DNA of 64,000 nt from positions 19,158,001 through 19,222,000 of the forward strand of contig NC_042997.1 of assembly GCF_006345805.1 (NCBI RefSeq). Reading direction: 5' to 3'. Made by a program: the position numbers and the translations under genes. Positions 63,875 to 64,000 of this stretch are shown here, in pieces; position 1 is the stretch's first letter; every line of letters begins with the position of its first letter. The notes beneath the pieces are model-generated. The model saw only the letters and a list, made by a program, of their open reading frames with translations, did not search any database and was not told where the DNA came from. The DNA is from Octopus sinensis (lineage: Eukaryota).

Positions 63875-64000
63875 ATAAATATTAGGGAATAAATCCAAAT
63901 TTACAGGGAAAAAATCAGATTTAGGATTAAATCCAATTTTATAGTAAAATATTATAAAATATTATTAGAGACAAAACACTATTTTGCAAAACAAACAAGG

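Overview
AT-rich (TA/GATA/GAT microsatellite-laden) eukaryotic genomic DNA. Its repeat families look like octopod cephalopod repeats (inference from recognised repeat style, not from a search). No prokaryotic features, CRISPR arrays, rRNA or convincing tRNA genes. Most six-frame ORFs are microsatellite read-throughs. Recognisable content: a full-length but disabled mariner with perfect 37-bp TIRs (2994-4260); a 5'-truncated Penelope-like element (RT + GIY-YIG, 5848-7990); a decayed hATm-like transposon (19562-22469); several RTE LINE fragments and tails; a CR1-type 3' end; a non-autonomous Helitron; Tc1/mariner MITEs; and many tRNA-derived SINEs, some with 15-18 bp TSDs. The most striking observation is a 546-bp tandem unit carrying a minimal type I hammerhead ribozyme motif, arranged as a ~1.5-kb near-perfect inverted repeat in (TA)n (40441-41946). 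It is retrozyme/Penelope pLTR-like, but an assembly artefact must be excluded. Two further hammerhead motif families occur (7853-7890 with a decayed copy at 54985-55022; 46132-46179). There is also a fold-back RTE insertion, other long hairpins, and a hand-built, unverified chain of phase-compatible minus-strand exons that includes an EF-hand-like exon (37451-37618).
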